From Hypanus sabinus (taxonomy: Eukaryota): a stretch of DNA of 64,000 nt. Position 1 is the first letter of the stretch. Every line of letters begins with the position of its first letter. Location: positions 6,386,001 to 6,450,000 of the forward strand of contig NC_082736.1 of assembly GCF_030144855.1 (NCBI RefSeq), read 5' to 3'. The notes under the pieces are model-generated. The model made no database searches and was not told the DNA's origin. It was given only the letters and a program-made list of their open reading frames with translations. Of the stretch, positions 62,360-64,000 are shown in pieces. Made by a program: the position numbers and the translations under genes.

Positions 62360-64000
62360 CGGGGTCCCCAACTTTGTTTGCACCGCAGGCCCATTTAATA
62401 TTTATTGACAATATTCTTACGGACCGGCCAGCGGGGGGGAGGGGGGAGGGGTAGGGGTAATATATACCAGATTGCAGGTGAAACTATAAGTCACTTATAA
62501 GTGGCTAATTAATACACTCAATTTTGTTTCTAAAGGGTTTATCTAAAGAATTTAGTATTAAACACACAGTGCATATTTTCCTCCCATGAATACAGTGATA
62601 AGTCAATTATAGGGCACTTATAAGTCAATAGCATCATAACATATTAAGTAACATATGGATATTAAACACACAGCACCTATTATTCCCGTATGAACATATA
62701 AAATCATTGCAACACACCAATATCGGTGAATCAGTAAGAGTCCTGGGCTTGTTTTCCTGCAATAAGGTGGTCTCATCGAGGGGTGATGGGAGACAGCAAT
62801 ACTCAAAGGGGGCTCCTTATGTCCTGATGAAGGGTCTCGGCCTGAAATGTCGACAGTGCTTCTCCTTACAGATGCTGCCTGGCCTGCTGTGTTCTACCAG
62901 CATTTTGTGTGTGTTGTTTGAATTTCCAGCATCTGCAGATTTCCTCGTTTTTGCTCCTTATATCCAGTCTATTCCGCAATTTAGTTTTTGTTGCATTCAT
63001 TGCAGAAAACCCCGCTTCACAGAGATATGATGTTGGAAACGGAAGCAACGTTTTCTGTCCTTTCATGGCTATCTCAGGATATTCAGCCTTGACTTTGATC
63101 CAGAATGCCGGCAGAGATGTTACGTTAAAAATATTTTTCAACCCACCATCATTTGCAAGCTCGAGGGGTTGATCTTCCCGCGCTGACATGGATAGCTGTC
63201 ATTCTCCCCTGAAGTTTGCAGACTGTCATTCAGGAGCAACCACTTTGACTCGGGTAGTGAAACCAGACAGCCGTCCAGTCATAGCTGCAGCCCCATCTGT
63301 GCATATTCCAACACAGAATGACCAGTCCGGTTTGCCTAACATGTAGTCATTCAAAGACTTGAACAGTTCTGCCCCAGTTGTGTTAGTTGGCGGTGGCATT
63401 GCGCACAACGTATCCTCGTGCACATCGTCTTGAAATATATATCGCTCATAAACCAGCAGTGTTACCTTGTTGTCGCATTGGTAGACTCGTCGACCTGGAT
63501 AGCATACCATGGTGACTCGTTAAGCCGTTCTAACATCTATGCTTCGATGTCCTCCGCTTTGTCATCGATTCTCCTTGAAACTGTGGTAGCTGGAAGAGAA
63601 ACCTGTGCCATCTTGTTAGCAGCAGCTTCTCTCAACTGTTCACAGCACATGTCCTTGGCAGCAGGCAGAATCAATTCTTCCCCAACAGTGAAAGGCTTCT
63701 TAGCCTCAGCAATATGGCTAGCCACTAACTATGACGCTCTCAGAGCAGCAGCATTTGTGGAGGTGGTGGCTCTCAGCACCCGCTTGAGTCCCACTTGCTC
63801 ACATTTTTTCCACTCAAAAAACTTAAAGGGTTTGTCTTTAAGTGCAGGGAGCTGGGACTCAAGATGCCGAAGTAGTTTTGAGGGCTTCATTGCCTCATTA
63901 GACAGCATGTCTCCACATATCACACACAGGGGCTTGGAGCATACGAGTCACCGGTCGCAATAACGCCATATTTTATGTGCGACTCGTCGTATTTTCTGTT
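62360..64000 (-). mobile_element. hAT Buster-type (ZBED5/SCAND3-like) transposon relic, runs off the window edge
   Basis: CMICGDMLSNEAMKPSKLLRHL, IAEAKKPFTVGEELILPAAKD, VDEST, GICTDGAAAMTG, LLPFPTSYLCEAGFS..TKTKLRNRLD; end CGGGGTCCCCAAC after atcTAtgt; stops and an internal deletion. Confidence 0.92.
62821..62952 (+). mobile_element. 132-bp PLE terminal module beginning with a hammerhead motif, 9-bp TSD
   Basis: TSD gctccttat 62812-62820 and 62953-62961; GTC-CTGATGA-AGGGTCTCGGCCT-GAAA-TGTC-GAC. Confidence 0.9.

Noticed and set aside
62866-63963. ZBED5/SCAND3 host gene
   Set aside because: Fragmented frames, internal deletion, nested PLE module and terminal inverted repeat.

Overview
Eukaryotic, repeat-saturated window. 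The repeat landscape (CR1 with SGNH-esterase ORF1, Rex1/Babar, Penelope-like elements, Charlie/Buster hATs) and the histone sequences suggest a cartilaginous fish; this is inference only. It holds one complete but dispersed set of replication-dependent histone genes, all intronless with 3' stem-loops: H2A and H2B in tandem on the minus strand at 23.1-24.9 kb, and H1(+), H3.2(-), H4(-) at 56.7-59.6 kb. There are two full-length tRNA genes (Asn-GTT, Gly-TCC) and a tRNA-Asp remnant missing its 5' end. Most of the rest is transposon debris, plus a 293-N gap. Most notable: (1) a 467-bp composite foldback element made of a hAT end with a captured solo LTR and perfect 144-bp arms. Its two flanks are different hAT-type target sites, so it fuses the broken tRNA-Asp to a truncated LTR promoter. 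(2) Many Penelope terminal modules carrying minimal hammerhead-ribozyme motifs, some inserted alone or as foldbacks with target-site duplications (TSDs). (3) A ~4.6-4.9 kb mosaic inverted duplication bracketing H2A/H2B. (4) A duplicated CpG promoter/first-exon cassette and several orphan exon-like segments. (5) The H1 TG-box/AC-box pair at 354-bp spacing. Repeat boundaries were placed by eye and are approximate unless a TSD or terminus is quoted.
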